Assembly (NCBI GenBank): GCA_048884965.1
Contig: JBHLQH010000039.1
Span: 1-25,232, forward strand
DNA: 25,232 nucleotides
Direction of reading: 5' to 3'
Source of the DNA: Candidatus Thorarchaeota archaeon
GTDB lineage: Archaea > Asgardarchaeota > Thorarchaeia > Thorarchaeales > Thorarchaeaceae
A program made the translations under genes and the position numbers. Below the pieces are notes generated by a model. That model was not told where the DNA came from and made no database searches. It worked only from the letters and a program-made list of their open reading frames with translations. Positions 25,110 through 25,232 of this stretch are shown here, in pieces; the stretch's first letter is position 1, and the number at the start of each line of letters is the position of its first letter.

Positions 25110-25232
25110 TCACCTCGAGAAATTCCAATCAGTAGTATTGTATTTCTGATGCACAAGTTCTTCAACTCTATTTGCTTCAGCCTCTGTTAGTTCGCTAGGA
25201 TGTAATGACACTCCAAGTGCTTCACTAAATCC
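25110..25232 (-). CDS. lplA: 3' end of lipoate-protein ligase catalytic subunit (partial, runs off the window)
   Basis: My translation: GFSEALGVSLHPSELTEAEANRVEELVHQKYNTTDWNFSR*, a typical LplA/LipM-family C-terminus, directly upstream of lplB. Not in the ORF track. Confidence 0.75.
   Translation of the reverse strand, partial: GFSEALGVSLHPSELTEAEANRVEELVHQKYNTTDWNFSR

Noticed and set aside
1-25232. CRISPR arrays, tRNA/rRNA genes, IS elements
   Set aside because: Intergenic gaps are short (mostly under 150 nt, at most ~280 nt). No repeat-spacer pattern, cloverleaf, terminal inverted repeats or transposase ORF was seen by eye.

Overview
Gene-dense archaeal chromosomal window. It is most likely an Asgard archaeon, possibly Thorarchaeia-like. 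This is inferred from tandem Ras-superfamily GTPases without prenylation motifs, an archaeal AbrB-PhoU regulator, split LplA/LplB, and short intergenic regions with TATA-like boxes. Left part (191-5505): accessory genes, including a membrane-anchored secreted protein, a Pol-beta-type nucleotidyltransferase, a CDGSH-ferredoxin-CDGSH protein, small hypotheticals, a GNAT and an orphan, circularly permuted SPPY-type DNA methyltransferase. Centre (5549-13118): a complete phosphate locus with a Na/Pi cotransporter and an AbrB-PhoU regulator, divergent from pstSCAB-phoU. Its two intergenic regions share a 9-bp-periodic CATWTG triple repeat (19/24 identical), a candidate archaeal/Asgard PHO box and the strongest non-coding signal here. 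Right part (13115-25232): two tandem Rab-like GTPases, a degenerate AP-endonuclease-2-like TIM barrel, a Zn-ribbon/TPR-like protein, a GT-C-like membrane protein, an ATP-grasp ligase, a HEAT-repeat protein and a long coiled-coil/winged-helix protein. The last converges on a coiled-coil, M50-like protease and wHTH cluster, followed by lipoate ligase genes. No rRNA, tRNA, CRISPR array or transposase was seen. All family assignments come from motif recognition by eye, not database searches.
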